Of a DNA stretch of 64,000 nucleotides, positions 1 through 11,617 are shown piece by piece (position 1 is the first letter of the stretch; the number at the start of each line of letters is the position of its first letter). The notes under the pieces were generated by a model. The model saw only the letters and a list, made by a program, of their open reading frames with translations. It searched no databases and was not told the origin of the DNA. The position numbers were made by a program, and so were the translations under genes. This DNA comes from Cyanophora paradoxa CCMP329 (Eukaryota; Plantae; Glaucophyta), in contig QPMI01000436.1 in NCBI GenBank assembly GCA_004431415.1, positions 124,001 through 188,000 of the forward strand, in the 5' to 3' direction.

Positions 1-1170
1 GGAACAGCCACGCGACGAAGATGGACGAGACCAGGACATACCTGGGGTACGGGTTCAAGAAGGGGAGGAGGGCGGCGGAAGGGGGGGGGTACGCGTGCGC
101 ACGTGCGCATGATGCCGGGTCCCGGGCGGATGGCGCCCCAGATCCCGAGCGCCGCCCCGATGAGAGCGAAGACGAAGAAGAACACAGCCAGGACCGTCCT
201 GGGGTACAGCGCTCTCGTTTAGAACTTGCGGGGGGGGGGGGGGAAGAGTCGCCGGGGCGTACAGTGCCTTCAGGACGCCGCTGACGTTGTCGTCCTTGAT
301 GCGGCTCGGCCTCGCGTCGCTCGGGAACGCGTCCCGTACGCTCTCCGCCAGCTGTACGGCCTGCGCAGGGGGGGGGGGGAAAGCTCGTCGGCGGGACGGG
401 GGTACGCGATGGGCTTTTTTCGGCGCACGCGGTCCCGGAGGTAGCGCAGGGCGTCGTTGTCGGCGGGGGTAGAGCGCGCGACGGGCGCGACGGCCGCGCC
501 CGTGTCCTGGAAGGTCCTGGGGGGTACAGTTCGCTCGCTCGCTCGTAAGGGCGAGGAAGGGGGGTACGCGGGCGCACTGCATGAGGTCAAGGCCACGGTT
601 GATCTCGTTGCGGAGGATGCCGAGGCCCGCTGCGGGGCGGTTCAAGGCAAAAGCGAGGGGCGCAGGGGGCTACGCCCTCACCGAGCCCCGCGAGGCCGCC
701 GCCGATGAGGCCAATAGCGCTCAAGGCGAGGAAGACCCTGGGGGGGGGAGAGGGGGGGGGGGGGGGGTTGGGAGGGGCGGAAGCGGGGGCCAGCGGGGGT
801 ACATACCTCCAGAAGATCTTCTCGCGCCTCGAGGGCTTAACTGTCTTCTTGCTCATTTTCTTGCGCCCCCCGCAGCACCCGCAGACGAAGCTGCGGCGGC
901 GTGGGCGGCGGGCGGGGGCGAGGGAGAGCCTCGCCGCGTCTGCGCACCGGAAAAAGCACATCCCAATGACCCATAGGAGACTAATAACGAAGAATATGAT
1001 CCCGAAGATCAACGCGGCCGCCATCGCCTGCAGCCGCGCGACGCGGTGAGCTCCAGCGGCGCTCCTTCGAGGATTCAAGCCGCGCAGGCGCCGCCGCGGA
1101 CCTTGAAAGAGCCCACATCGTCCCCGTTGATCGGGCTTCCCGCCGGATTGCCGACTGGGATGGCCGACAT
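1..1170 (-). CDS. Multi-pass membrane protein (prominin/tweety-like topology), 5' part; runs off the left edge
   Basis: Spliced minus-strand exons from ATG 1170: MSAIPVGNPAGSPINGDDVGSFK|AMAAALIFGIIFFVISLLWVIGMCFFR|FVCGCCGGRKK...KIFWR|VFLALSAIGLIGGGLAGL|...|TVLAVFFFVFALIGAALGIWGAIRPGPGIMR|YVLVSSIFVAWLF. Four hydrophobic segments, a Cys cluster after TM1, GT-AG introns. The family is inferred from topology only. Confidence 0.7.
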
Positions 1171-1464
1171 TGCTTACTCGCGCAACCGTCGCGCGTCTCC
1201 GATACGGCACGATGTCGCAGGGCCAGGGGCAGCCCGGAAGAATCACTTATTGATCTGCACGACCGTTGCCAGAGCGCGACAGCTCCGGTCCTCGTGCTGC
1301 GCCGGCAAAGAGCGCTCAGGGCGGCGGGAGCGCGGCGCCAAGGCGCGTCCGGTCGGGATTCGTGCACCTACAGACTTATCCGTTGCAAATGCAGCCTGCT
1401 CTCGACCCACCTGAAGCTCCGGGAGCGTGGCTTCGGGAGGGTGGCGGGGCGCACGGTCGGCGGG

Positions 1465-4400
1465 GAGGGAGGTCTGGGTGCGGAAGGACCACCAGGCGTC
1501 CGTGTGCCCGTTCGTGAAGAGCACGACGGAGCCCTTCGCCGGGGCCGAGCACCTGCGCGGGGGGAGGGCGTGAGGGGGCCGAACGAGCGAGAGGGGGCGA
1601 GAGGGAGGGAGGGAGGGAGGAGGGAGGGCGACTAAGGCCTCTAAGGTCCTAACTACTAAGGCCTCTAAGGTCCTAACTTTAAACCTAAGATCCTAAGGAT
1701 ATCTTCGCCCAAGATCCTTAGGATATCTCTAAGATCTCAAGCCTCAGGCTCACTTGAGAGCTATGGGGGGGGGGGGGGGGGGGGGGGGGGGGGGCGGCCC
1801 CTATTGCTAGGGCAAGCTTCTAGGTCTTAAGGCCGGGGAGGGGGGGGAGGGGGGGGAGGGCGGACGCGAGCACTTCTCGATCTGTTAGGGCGAGCTGCTA
1901 CGCCCAGGTCCTCCACCCAGTCTTCTCGCGGGTTCTAGAGGGAGATATCCAACGATATCTTGGAGATCTTAAGCCCAAGACCTCTTAGGTCCGCTCACTT
2001 GAGGGCGTTCTTGGCGTCCTTGACGAGGAATCGTAAGATCTCTAAGACCCTAACTTTAAACCTAAGATCCTAAGGATATCTTCGCCCAAGATCCCAAGGA
2101 GAACTCAAAGATCTCAAGCCCGCTCACTTGAGGGCGTTCTTGGCGTCCTCCACGACGAATCACGACTAAGGCCTCTAAGATCCTAAGGAGATCCTGAGGA
2201 TATCTTCGCCCAAGATCCTTAGGATGTCTCTAAGATCTTAGGCCTCAGGCTCACTTGAGGGCGTTCTTGGCGTCCTCGACGACGAATCACGACTAAGGCC
2301 TCTAAGATCCTAAGGAGATCCTTAGGATATCTCTAAGATCTTAGGCCCAAGATCCTAAGCCCGCTCACTTGAGGGCGTTCTTGGCGTCCTCGACAACGAA
2401 GACGTCCGCGCCGTCCGAGTAGGGGTCCCCGCCCGCCGCCGCCACCGCCGGCCAGTCCACCAGCACCGGGTTGTTCGTCGCCCCCGCTGGAGATCGAATC
2501 GCGTCGGACCAGATTCTTCCGAGAGAGCAGCGGCATAGGCTTCTAGGCATATGCCTAAGGCAGAACGGCCTAGGAAGCGCGCCTAGGCCTAGGAAGCGCG
2601 ACCGGGGCGCGTCGGACCGAGTCGAAGAAGAAGACGAAGAAGAAGAAGGGCGTGGCCGGGGCCTAGACGCCAAGGGCCGCCGCGCAACTAGACCGGGGCC
2701 AGGGCCTAGGCTAGAGTTCTCCTAAGGATCTTGGAATTCAGATCCTAAAGATCTCTTTAGGATCTTAGGTTCAAGATCCGAGAGTTCTCCTCAGGATCCT
2801 AGAAGGGCCTAGGGCCTAGAAGGGCGGGGTGGGGCCAGGGCCGCACCGCACGCGGCGCCGGAGACGTCGTTGAGCTGGTTGGTGAGGGTCTGCGTCAGCT
2901 CGTCCACGCCCTTGATGACCGACGAGAGGTCCACCGCGCCCCCGATGCGGCCCAGGACGCCGCCCGAGCCCCCCAGGTAGTCCTTCAGCTCCTTCTCGAA
3001 CTGGCGGAGGCCGGCGCCGAGGTCCGCAGAGGCCAGCTGGAAGGCCCTGACCTGGCTCGCCGCGTCCTGCAGTGAGAGATAAGAACAAGGCAGAAAGACA
3101 GACACTTAAAGTAATGCCGCTCGCCTGGTCCATGCCCAGAGACATGGAAGTGATGTTGGCAGGCTGGTTGTACGCCCCGCAGTAGGCGCCGGCGTCGTCC
3201 GGCGTCAGCTTGCCCTGCGCGTCCCCGGGCTGGAAGTACAGAGGCGCCCAGACGCCGTCCCGCTCGCAGCGCTGGGAGGGGTACGAAGAGTAAGGGGAGG
3301 GGGTACTGGATGCTTGGGGGGCACGCGATTTCGGCGGGCACCTGGACCTGCTGGAACATGTAGGTCGCCTTGATCGCGTCGCGGCCCTCGATCCATCCCG
3401 GAATCTCACAGGCCTTCGAGCAGACTTAGCGGACGGAGAAGGAGGGGGGAGGAGTGGAAGGGGGGTACCGCACCGTGGAGCCCGCCGTGTTCCCGACGGA
3501 CAAAGCGGCGAATAGGAGGAACAGCCACGCGACGAAGATGGACGAGACCAGGACATACCTGGGGTACGGGTTCAAGAAGGGGAGGAGGGCGGCGGAAGGG
3601 GGGGTACGCGTGCGCACGTGCGCATGATGCCGGGTCCCGGGCGGATGGCGCCCCAGATCCCGAGCGCCGCCCCGATGAGAGCGAAGACGAAGAAGAACAC
3701 AGCCAGGACCGTCCTGGGTACAGCGCTCTCGTTTAGAACTTGCGGGGGGGGGGGGGAAGAGTCGCCGGGGCGTACAGTGCCTTCAGGACGCCGCTGACGT
3801 TGTCGTCCTTGATGCGGCTCGGCCTCGCGTCGCTCGGGAACGCGTCCCGTACGCTCTCCGCCAGCTGTACGGCCTGCGCAGGGGGGGGGGGAAAGCTCGT
3901 CGGCGGGACGGGGGTACGCGATGGGCTTTTTTCGGCGCACGCGGTCCCGGAGGTAGCGCAGGGCGTCGTTGTCGGCGGGGGTAGAGCGCGCGACGGGCGC
4001 GACGGCCGCGCCCGTGTCCTGGAAGGTCCTGGGGGTACAGTTCGCTCGCTCGCTCGTAAGGCGAGGAAGGGGGTACGCGGGCGCACTGCATGAGGTCAAG
4101 GCCACGGTTGATCTCGTTGCGGAGGATGCCGAGGCCCGCTGCGGGGCGGTTCAAGGCAAAAGCGAGGGGCGCAGGGGGCTACGCCCTCACCGAGCCCCGC
4201 GAGGCCGCCGCCGATGAGGCCAATAGCGCTCAAGGCGAGGAAGACCCTGGGGGGGGAGAGGGGGGGGGGGGGGGTTGGGGAGGGGGCGGAAGCGGGGGCC
4301 AGCGGGGGTACATACCTCCAGAAGATCTTCTCGCGCCTCGAGGGCTTAACTGTCTTCTTGCTCATTTTCTTGCGCCCCCCGCAGCACCCGCAGACGAAGC

Positions 4401-4678
4401 TGCGGCGGCGTGGGCGGCGGGCGGGGGCGAGGGAGAGCCTCGCCGCGTCTGCGCACCGGAAAAAGCACATCCCAATGACCCATAGGAGACTAATAACGAA
4501 GAATATGATCCCGAAGATCAACGCGGCCGCCATCGCCTGCAGCCGCGCGACGCGGTGAGCTCCAGCGGCGCTCCTTCGAGGATTCAAGCCGCGCAGGCGC
4601 CGCCGCGGACCTTGAAAGAGCCCACATCGTCCCCGTTGATCGGGCTTCCGCCGGATTGCCGACTGGGATGGCCGACAT
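1465..4678 (-). pseudogene. Second, 3'-truncated tandem copy of the membrane-protein gene
   Basis: Same exons from ATG 4678, continuing through ...GVWAPLYFQPGDAQG..., DAASQVRAFQLASADL..., ...FVVEDAKNALK|CSAPAKGSVVLFTNGHTDAWWSFRTQ. It then joins abruptly at ~1429 to the upstream region of the left copy. Confidence 0.6.
1630..2400. repeat. Expanded intron with tandem copies of an exon end plus donor site in CCTAAG/AGATCT/CTTAGG-rich sequence
   Basis: ctcacttgagggcgttcttggcgtcct at 1994, 2123, 2250 and 2364 (the real exon), partial at 1749; period ~115-130 bp. Confidence 0.9.
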
Positions 4679-5147
4679 TGCTTACTCGCGCAACCGTCGC
4701 GCGTCTCCGATACGGCACGATGTCGCAGGGCCAGGGGCAGCCCGGAAGAATCACTTATTGATCTGCACGACCGTTGCCAGAGCGCGACAGCTCCGGTCCT
4801 CGTGCTGCGCCGGCAAAGAGCGCTCAGGGCGGCGGGAGCGCGGCGCCAAGGCGCGTCCGGTCGGGATTCGTGCACCTACAGACTTATCCGTTGCAAATGC
4901 AGCCTGCTCTCGACCCACCTGAAGCTCCGGGAGCGTGTACCTTGCAGCCTTGACGCGATGCGGACCGTTGGGTGAGATTCAAAGAGGGCGCAGCTAGCAG
5001 AGGCTCAGGACGTGTTGATGGGATTGAGGAGCGCCGCACCGACTTCGCGTTCGCGCGCGGGACGACGAGCGCTCAGGCTCTTCCACGTCGAACTCGGAGG
5101 TCGGGGGAGCGATCGTGGTTGGGGTACGCTGGACCTGGACGTGCAAA

Positions 5148-6351
5148 ATGAGTCTGCAGAAGAAGCCGGCGTTCGAGGCGGCGCAGGCGGGCAAGCTAGA
5201 AGCGCTCAGGGAGGCAGTCGGCGACGCGCGCGGTCAGGATTTGGACGTGCGGGACGAGGATGGGCGAACTTGCTTGGTGCGGCCCGCGACACGCATGCAC
5301 GCGCTGCGGCTCTGTAGCCGAGCGTGCCGCAGCATTGGGCTGCCGCGCAGGGACACACGCTGGTCGTGCGGTTCCTCCTTGAACGCGGCGCGTCCGAGGT
5401 GAGCGTACGCATATGCGTTGAGAGAGCGAGCGGATGCGCCCGCTCGTGCTGAGGCACGCTCGCAGAACACGAGCGACGAGAGCGCGTGGACGCCGCTGAT
5501 CTCAGCCAGTGCGGCCGGGCGTTTGGACATTGTGGAGATGTTGCTAGCGAACGGCGCCAAGGTCGAGGCTGTGAACGAGAACCAGCAATCCTGCCTCTCT
5601 GTCGCCGCGTCCAAGGGTCCGCGCTGCGCTGCGCCAGCGCCCTCCCGTCTAGTTTGGTTCTGAGGCGTCGTGGACTTGGACAGGGCACCTGGGCGTCGTT
5701 CGGGCCATCCTGGAGAGGAACCCGGACGCCAAGCTCGTTAACCTGCCTGACCGCATCAACCGCTCCACTCCGCTTCACAGGGGTCCGCCCGCCCGGCGCG
5801 CGCCCGCTCGCCAAACTCACTCCGCACCGCTTCGCGCGCCCGCGTCGCAGCGACCGCGCGGGGGAACGTCGAGATCGTTCAGAGGGTGAGGCGGCCGCCC
5901 TCCGCGGGGCGCGCGCACGCCCGGCCTGATCGCGCGCCGCCTGCAGCTGCTGGAGGCCGGCGCGAAAGTGGCGGCGCAGGACGGCGAGGGTGCGCCCGCC
6001 GCTTCCTCGGCCGCACCGGCGCGGCCGCTGAGCGCGTGCGCACGCAGGAAACACGCCCTTGCACATCGCGGCGCAGGAGGGCCACGCGCAGGTCGCGGGG
6101 GTCCTGGCCGAGCACGGGGCGCCGCTGGACGCGGAGAACAAGGTACCCCCGCCCCGCCGGCCTCTTTGGATCCCCGCGCCGCGCCTTCGGCTGAGGCGGA
6201 GCGCAGGAGGAGCAGACGCCGCTGCAGGTGGCGACGGGCGGCGTCCGGGAGGCGATCCTCTCGCACGCCCCCGCGCGGGTGTCCGCAGCGGCCGCCCACG
6301 GCGGCCGGGCGCCCCCAGTCGCGTAGCTTAAGCTTAAGTCCTACTTTATAA
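5148..6351 (+). CDS. Ankyrin-repeat protein, gankyrin/PSMD10 (Nas6)-like
   Basis: Spliced: MSLQKKPAFEAAQAGKLE...DEDGRTCL|HWAAAQGHTLVVRFLLERGASE|NTSDESAWTPLISASAAGRLDIVEMLLANGAKVEAVNENQQSCLSVAASKG|HLGVVRAIL...STPLHRA|TARGNVEIVQR|LLEAGAKVAAQDGEG|NTPLHIAAQEGH...DAENK|EEQTPLQVA. About 6-7 ankyrin repeats with in-phase GT-AG introns. Confidence 0.85.
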
Positions 6352-6484
6352 GTCGCTCCGCTACCTCGCCCTTCTCCCTCCTTCGACCTCGCCTCGCCTC
6401 CGAAGCTCAAGCTTCAGCCGTGCATTAATTACATGCATTCGCCCCACACGACCGCCTGCATACGCAGACTGCGCATGCAGCTGC

Positions 6485-7591
6485 CTACACTGCGTGCACC
6501 GAGCCGCGCCAGTGCCAGTGCTCGTGCGCTCCGGATCCGCTCACTGCGCGGGGCTCGCGATCGGCTCGCGGGCGGCAGGGAGCGGGACCTAGAAGACCTG
6601 GAGGGGCGAGGGGCGGGGCGGGGCGGGCCTGGGGGCGGTGGCCCGTGGCGAGCTGGTCCGCAACCTTCTTGGCGGCGTACTCGTTGCTCATCCCCTCCGG
6701 CACCGTCACGCTGCCCACGCACTCCTCCTCCACGGACTGCGCGAGATTCAGAAAATTTGATCCGGATCAAATTCTCGGATCAAATTTGAAGCCAAGGAGT
6801 GCGCACGCCGCGGAGGAGTCCGCCGTGGCGGCGGCGCTGGAGCTCCTGGTACACGTACGTCGTCGCGTCCGCGTGGCTCATCCCGTGCGGAATCACTGCG
6901 GGCAGCGCGTTCACCTCGCGCTGGGTTCTGGCGGACGAACGGCGCGGGCGCGGGCGCAGGCGCACGCACCGATGCGGAAGGCTTCGTTGTCGCGCGGCCC
7001 AACGCTTGTGTTCTTGCCCTCGCCCTCGACCTCTGCGCGCGCGTGTTAGTAGGAGGCCGTGTTGAGCGGCAAGTGAGAGGCGCACCGACGATGGGCCCGT
7101 AGCGTGCGCGAACCTCCTGCCCCAGGCGCGCCGAGCGGGCCGGCGTCGCCGTGAGGACCTCCGCGAGCGAGTGCTGCCGGAATCGATCGCATGCAGGTTC
7201 AAAAAGCCAGATCAGGGGTCGCGGTAACCTTCTCCTGCGATGCGGCGAGGACGCCCTGGCGCCAGCGGTCGTACAGAGTCATCTGCAAGCCGTTTCAAGC
7301 CAAAAAGAGCATGCATGAACGGCTCCGAATGCGGACCACGTAGTCCACGGCGTCCACGTCTCCCATAGTCGGCGGGATGGCGACGCGAAAGTCACCACCG
7401 CCAGCCTCGACCACCGCGCTTCCCACCGACCCGAGGTTCTGCTCCGAGTAGCGGCGGCGGAGCTGCGCGACGTTGTTGGACTCCGATTGAGTGGCCGGGG
7501 CGCGCTGCAGAGAGAAAGCGGGCACTTCGTCGAGGATGTACGCCTCCGCCTCATCGTCGCTCAGCCAGTCTGATCGCAGGGCGTCAGACAT
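6485..7591 (-). CDS. Hypothetical protein with a repeated (V/I)P-x-x-M-x4-A-x2-(Y/K)V motif
   Basis: Exons MSDALRSDWLSDDEAEAYILDE...RVAIPPTMGDVDAVDYV, ...PAVIPHGMSHADATTYVYQEL..., SVEEECVGSVTVPEGMSNEYAAKKV, with splice signals. The 3' end is uncertain. Confidence 0.55.
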
Positions 7592-8243
7592 GCAGCGCGC
7601 TCGGGTGACGAGAGAGCTCCACCTGGAATATGAACGTGCACGGCCTCGCTCCCGCGGGCCATTGCCGAGCTCCCGATGCGCTGACGCCATGCTCGGAGGC
7701 CGTCATACACGATCCGTGCGACTGCGCACGAGTTGCGCCGGATCAGCCGGCGATGCGGATTCACGGGTGAACTCGCACCTTGGCCGTCCTCCAGATTGTC
7801 CGGGACTTGGATCGTGAATATGCCGGACTGCAGCTGGGGCTGCGAAGTCGGAAGCGGTGAAACAGAGTGCGCGAGGGGCGCGAGAAATGAAAGCGGCGCA
7901 GTAACAGAGACGTCGCGGATCGGCCTGCGCGCGCGTCTCCGGCTCTCACTCTGAGTGCGCACCGCGCCGTGGAAGCCGGTCTGCAGCGATGGGCGGGTCG
8001 TCTGCATTTTTCTTCTTTGGGGTACGGCGCATAACCACCCAGCAGCACAGAAACCTGCACAGGACCTCGACGGCGCCTAGGACGCAACGCAGAGGATAAG
8101 GAAGCATCTTAAGGAGGGCTTGTGCTACGTCAAGCGCAGCCAGGCGCAGCTTTTGGTGGAATTCGGTCCGGAGGTCGGCGGCAGTCGGCAGCGGTTTCCA
8201 GTAGGTCTAGCTAAGCTGTGGGACCGTGCCTGAATCAACTGCG

Positions 8244-10005
8244 ATGCCGCAAGCGCTCATCTTCGACGAGCTCGGCAACGTGCATAGACACAGCCTGCCA
8301 ACAGGGCACACCGTCAAGGTCTCTGGCGGACCGCTCTGGAGGTTCGTGTCGCTCATCAGCAGCGTGCTGCGGCGCCGTCCGCCGCGGGACCCGTTGACCT
8401 CTATTGTAGGTTAGCGCTGGCCGAGGACGGCGCGCTCTTCTACGAAGAGGCGAGCGAGGAGGGCATGCTGCAGGAGCGCATGCTGGAGTTTGAGCGCATC
8501 GCCCAGATCTCGACGAGCTCGACGCACGCCGCCGTGGTGACGGAGAATGGGCTTCTCTACACTTGGTGCGGATCTCGCCGCCCGCGCCACGCGCCACTGG
8601 GGCGCGCCGCTCACGCTCCGTGCGCAGGGGCATGGGCGACAAAGGCAGCCTCGGCCTCGGCGGCATCCGCGGTGCGTCCCGCTCCGGGGGCGGCGAGGCC
8701 CCTCACCCTCCTCGGCTCCGAGCTCACGCGTTTCTGCAGGCAAGAGCTTCCCGCAGCTGGTGGAGAGGAGGGCCTTCGGGAAGGTGGCGAAGGTCTCGTG
8801 CGGCGTGGACCACACAGTCCTCGTCAACGGTACCCCCCGCCAGCCAACGCAGCCGCCAACGCTGACGCTCCCGCTCCCGCCTCCGCAGAGCGGGGTGAGG
8901 TGTACGCGGCGGGCAGCAGCAGCTGGGGCCAGCTGGGCGTCGGGCCGCTGCGGAAGACGCAGCCGGGGGGGGAGAAGCAGCCTCAGATGAACTTCCGCTG
9001 CGTGCTCTCCCTCTGGCGGGCCAAGCGCCGCATCGTCGGGGTCGCCTGCGGCGCCTACCACACCGTACTCCTCGCCGGTGCGCTTTAGTTCGAAGCTTCC
9101 TGCAAAAATTTTAAAGAGATGTTGTACCTAAGAGACTATAAACTTTAAGAGAGGTTGTATCTATCAACTTTCTCTAAGACTTCGTGCTACAAACTAACTC
9201 TAAGAGAGGTTTATCTGACGGAAAGGCAGACGACGGCGGGGTCTTCACGTTCGGCTGGGGCGGATCGGGGGCTCTGGGGCAAGCCAACCACAAGTCCCTC
9301 GCGGCCCCCGTGCAGGCGCGCCGGCCCAGCCTCGCGGACCCCGCTTGCCGCGCTGACGCGCGGCCGGCCGGGTGCATGCAGGTCGAGTCGCTCCGGGAGA
9401 AGCACGTCAAGAAGATCGCGGCGGGGTACGGCCACACGCTCGTCAGCACGGGTCCGTCGGGCGCCCTCGAGCTAAACCTGCCGGCCGCGGTCGGGGCGGC
9501 CGGCCGACGAAGGGGCTCGCGCAGGCTTCGAGACGCTGGCCTCGGGGCTGAACAACTACGGGCAGCTGGGCCTGGGGGACACGCGGCAGCGGACCACCTT
9601 CACCGAGATTGAGCAGCTCCGCGACAGGGGGGTAGTCTCCGAGATCGCCGCAGCGGACTTCGCTTCGTTCGCGATCATCGCAGGTACCTCCCAGCGCCCC
9701 CTCCCGTCCCTGCCTTCGCGTACCCCCCTGAACGAGCCCGCCGCAGGCCGCGGGGAGCTCCTCTCGTGGGGTACGGGCGCCCTCGGCTTCCCGCCCCCGC
9801 CCCCGAACCCCACCCTCCTTCACCAGGTACGCCCGTACCCCTCCGGCCGCGATCGCCCAATCGCGAGCCCTCACACGCGTACCCTGCGCAGCCCAAGCCC
9901 TTTGAAGCGCTCCCGCGGAGCGTGACAGCGTTGGGCACCGCCCCCGTTATCTCTGTGAACCCCGCCCCGCAAGGATGGGTCTTTAGCGTTGTCCTCGAAT
10001 CGTAG
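8244..10005 (+). CDS. RCC1-repeat (beta-propeller) protein
   Basis: Repeated RCC1 motifs across exons: ISTSSTHAAVVTENGLLYTWGMGDKGSLGLG, VSCGVDHTVLV..GEVYAAGSSSWGQLGVG, VACGAYHTVLLADDGGVFTFGWGGSGALG, IAAGYGHTLV..GLNNYGQLGLG. Confidence 0.92.
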
Positions 10006-10223
10006 CCGGTGCATGTCCCTCCCGCGAGAGCGCTGCACAGCCCGCTGCGCCGCGCGCGGCCTAGCAGCCGGCCGAAGGTCTAGCCCGCGGGCACGTCTGT
10101 GGGACAGCCCCCCGGGCCTCGCTTACGCACGTGCACGCGAGACGTGAAAGAGCAGGGGTTGACAATTCATACACCGCGTGTCTGAAGGGGCTCGAGAGCA
10201 CAACGCGAGACCGAACGGGGAGT

Positions 10224-11023
10224 TTACTTCTTCTTCTCCTCCTCCTCCTTGGCCTTGGCCTCGGCACGCTTCTTGCGGATGCCGACGAGGCGGGCGTCGG
10301 AGCGGGCACGGCGCAGCTTCTCGTAGACCTTGACGGCCTTCTCCTCGGCCTGAGGGGCACGGCGCACAGCAGCAACGTCAGCGGGCGCCCCGCAGCGGAA
10401 GCGCAAGCTCTTGCGCAGCGCCGCACCTTGATCTTGCGAGTCTCGGCCTTGACCGACTTGCGCACGATCGGCATGATGGTGGCGGCCTTGAGCTGAGACG
10501 CCTTCGACACCTCGTCCGCCGAGGCGTCGCCCTTCTTGGGCTTCTTGGTGTTGCGCGGGATGAGCACAAGCTTGGCCTTGTACTCCTTCAGGCGCTGCAC
10601 GTTGGCCTGGAGGGACTCGGTCGAGCGGTTCTTCCGGCGGTGGTCAACGCAGATGCCGATGGTGGTGGCAAGCTTCTTGTTGATGCCAGCCTCCTGCTCA
10701 AAGAGAAAGGCGAAACGAGCGCACGAGCACGCGCGTAAGGGGCTGCGCGAGCAATCCAGGGCGGTCGGCGTATCGCGCACCTTCAGCTCATCGAAGGTGA
10801 AGCCGCGGCCGAGACGGGTCTTGAAGTTGTACTTGTTCGTCTGCGGGTGCACGATGGGGCGCAGAGCACCGGCCACCGGGCGGGGCGCGACGAGCTTCGC
10901 CTTGAGCTGGCGAGCGACCCTCCTGCGCTTCTTGCGGGACGCCTGGTCGAACCAGGTCTTCACACGCCGCTGCCAATCCTTGCGGAAATGGGCATTGGGT
11001 ATGATGTTGTTGTGCTTCGGCAT
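10224..11023 (-). CDS. RPL13: 60S ribosomal protein L13 (eL13), 3 coding exons
   Basis: [27 protein letters not shown]...[14 protein letters not shown]...[17 protein letters not shown]|EAGI...[31 protein letters not shown]...|...[33 protein letters not shown]. Confidence 0.98.
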
Positions 11024-11617
11024 CTTCCCCCTGCGCAGCGACAGAGCGATGAGCGGCCCGATCCGAGAGAGGCGGGCGAGCCCGCCGTGCCCCGCCCCCG
11101 ACTAGGCACGCGCATCCCGCTCGCTCCGCAAGCCTGATCCAGCCCGATCTAAAGCTATGGAGGGCGGCGGGATCGGCGGCCGGTGGCTGGTCGCGAGCGC
11201 GGGCTGCGACGCTTCCCGAAAGCTCTAATAGGGCTCCAAGATGCCATGCGCTGTTCAGCGGCCGCTCCGCATCGCTAGGCCCCGCACTGGCCGCCGCCCG
11301 AGGTCACGCACCCGGGTTCCCTGCTGACTACCCCCCTCGGCGGCGGGTACACGGGTGGGCTCGTTCGTGCCCGTACCCGGCTTAATATTAAATAGATTAT
11401 ATAGATTATATTCTATAAAGATATATAGTAGTTTTTTGAGTAATTAAATCAATTTTTTTTTGTCCGGATCAAGCACTAGCTCCGACGCGCGTACCCGGCG
11501 GCGCCCCTCGGCCCTCGCCTGGCTCCTCTCGCCGGCCGCGAACGAGCATCCCAAGCAGATCGGGAGCTTTGCCGCGGCCGATTCGCGGCGGGGCGGCGGC
11601 GGCCCCGGCGCCCTCGC

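Larger units (their letters stand above)
1..4937. repeat. Near-identical direct duplication, 1-1429 = 3518-4937 (unit ~3.5 kb)
   Basis: Direct alignment; the differences are almost all G/C homopolymer lengths (offset drifts from 3517 to 3508). Confidence 0.95.

Noticed and set aside
1630-2360. CCTAA/TTAGG-rich sequence as an interstitial telomere
   Set aside because: No tandem TTAGGG-type array; the motifs occur in both orientations as palindromic filler inside an intron.
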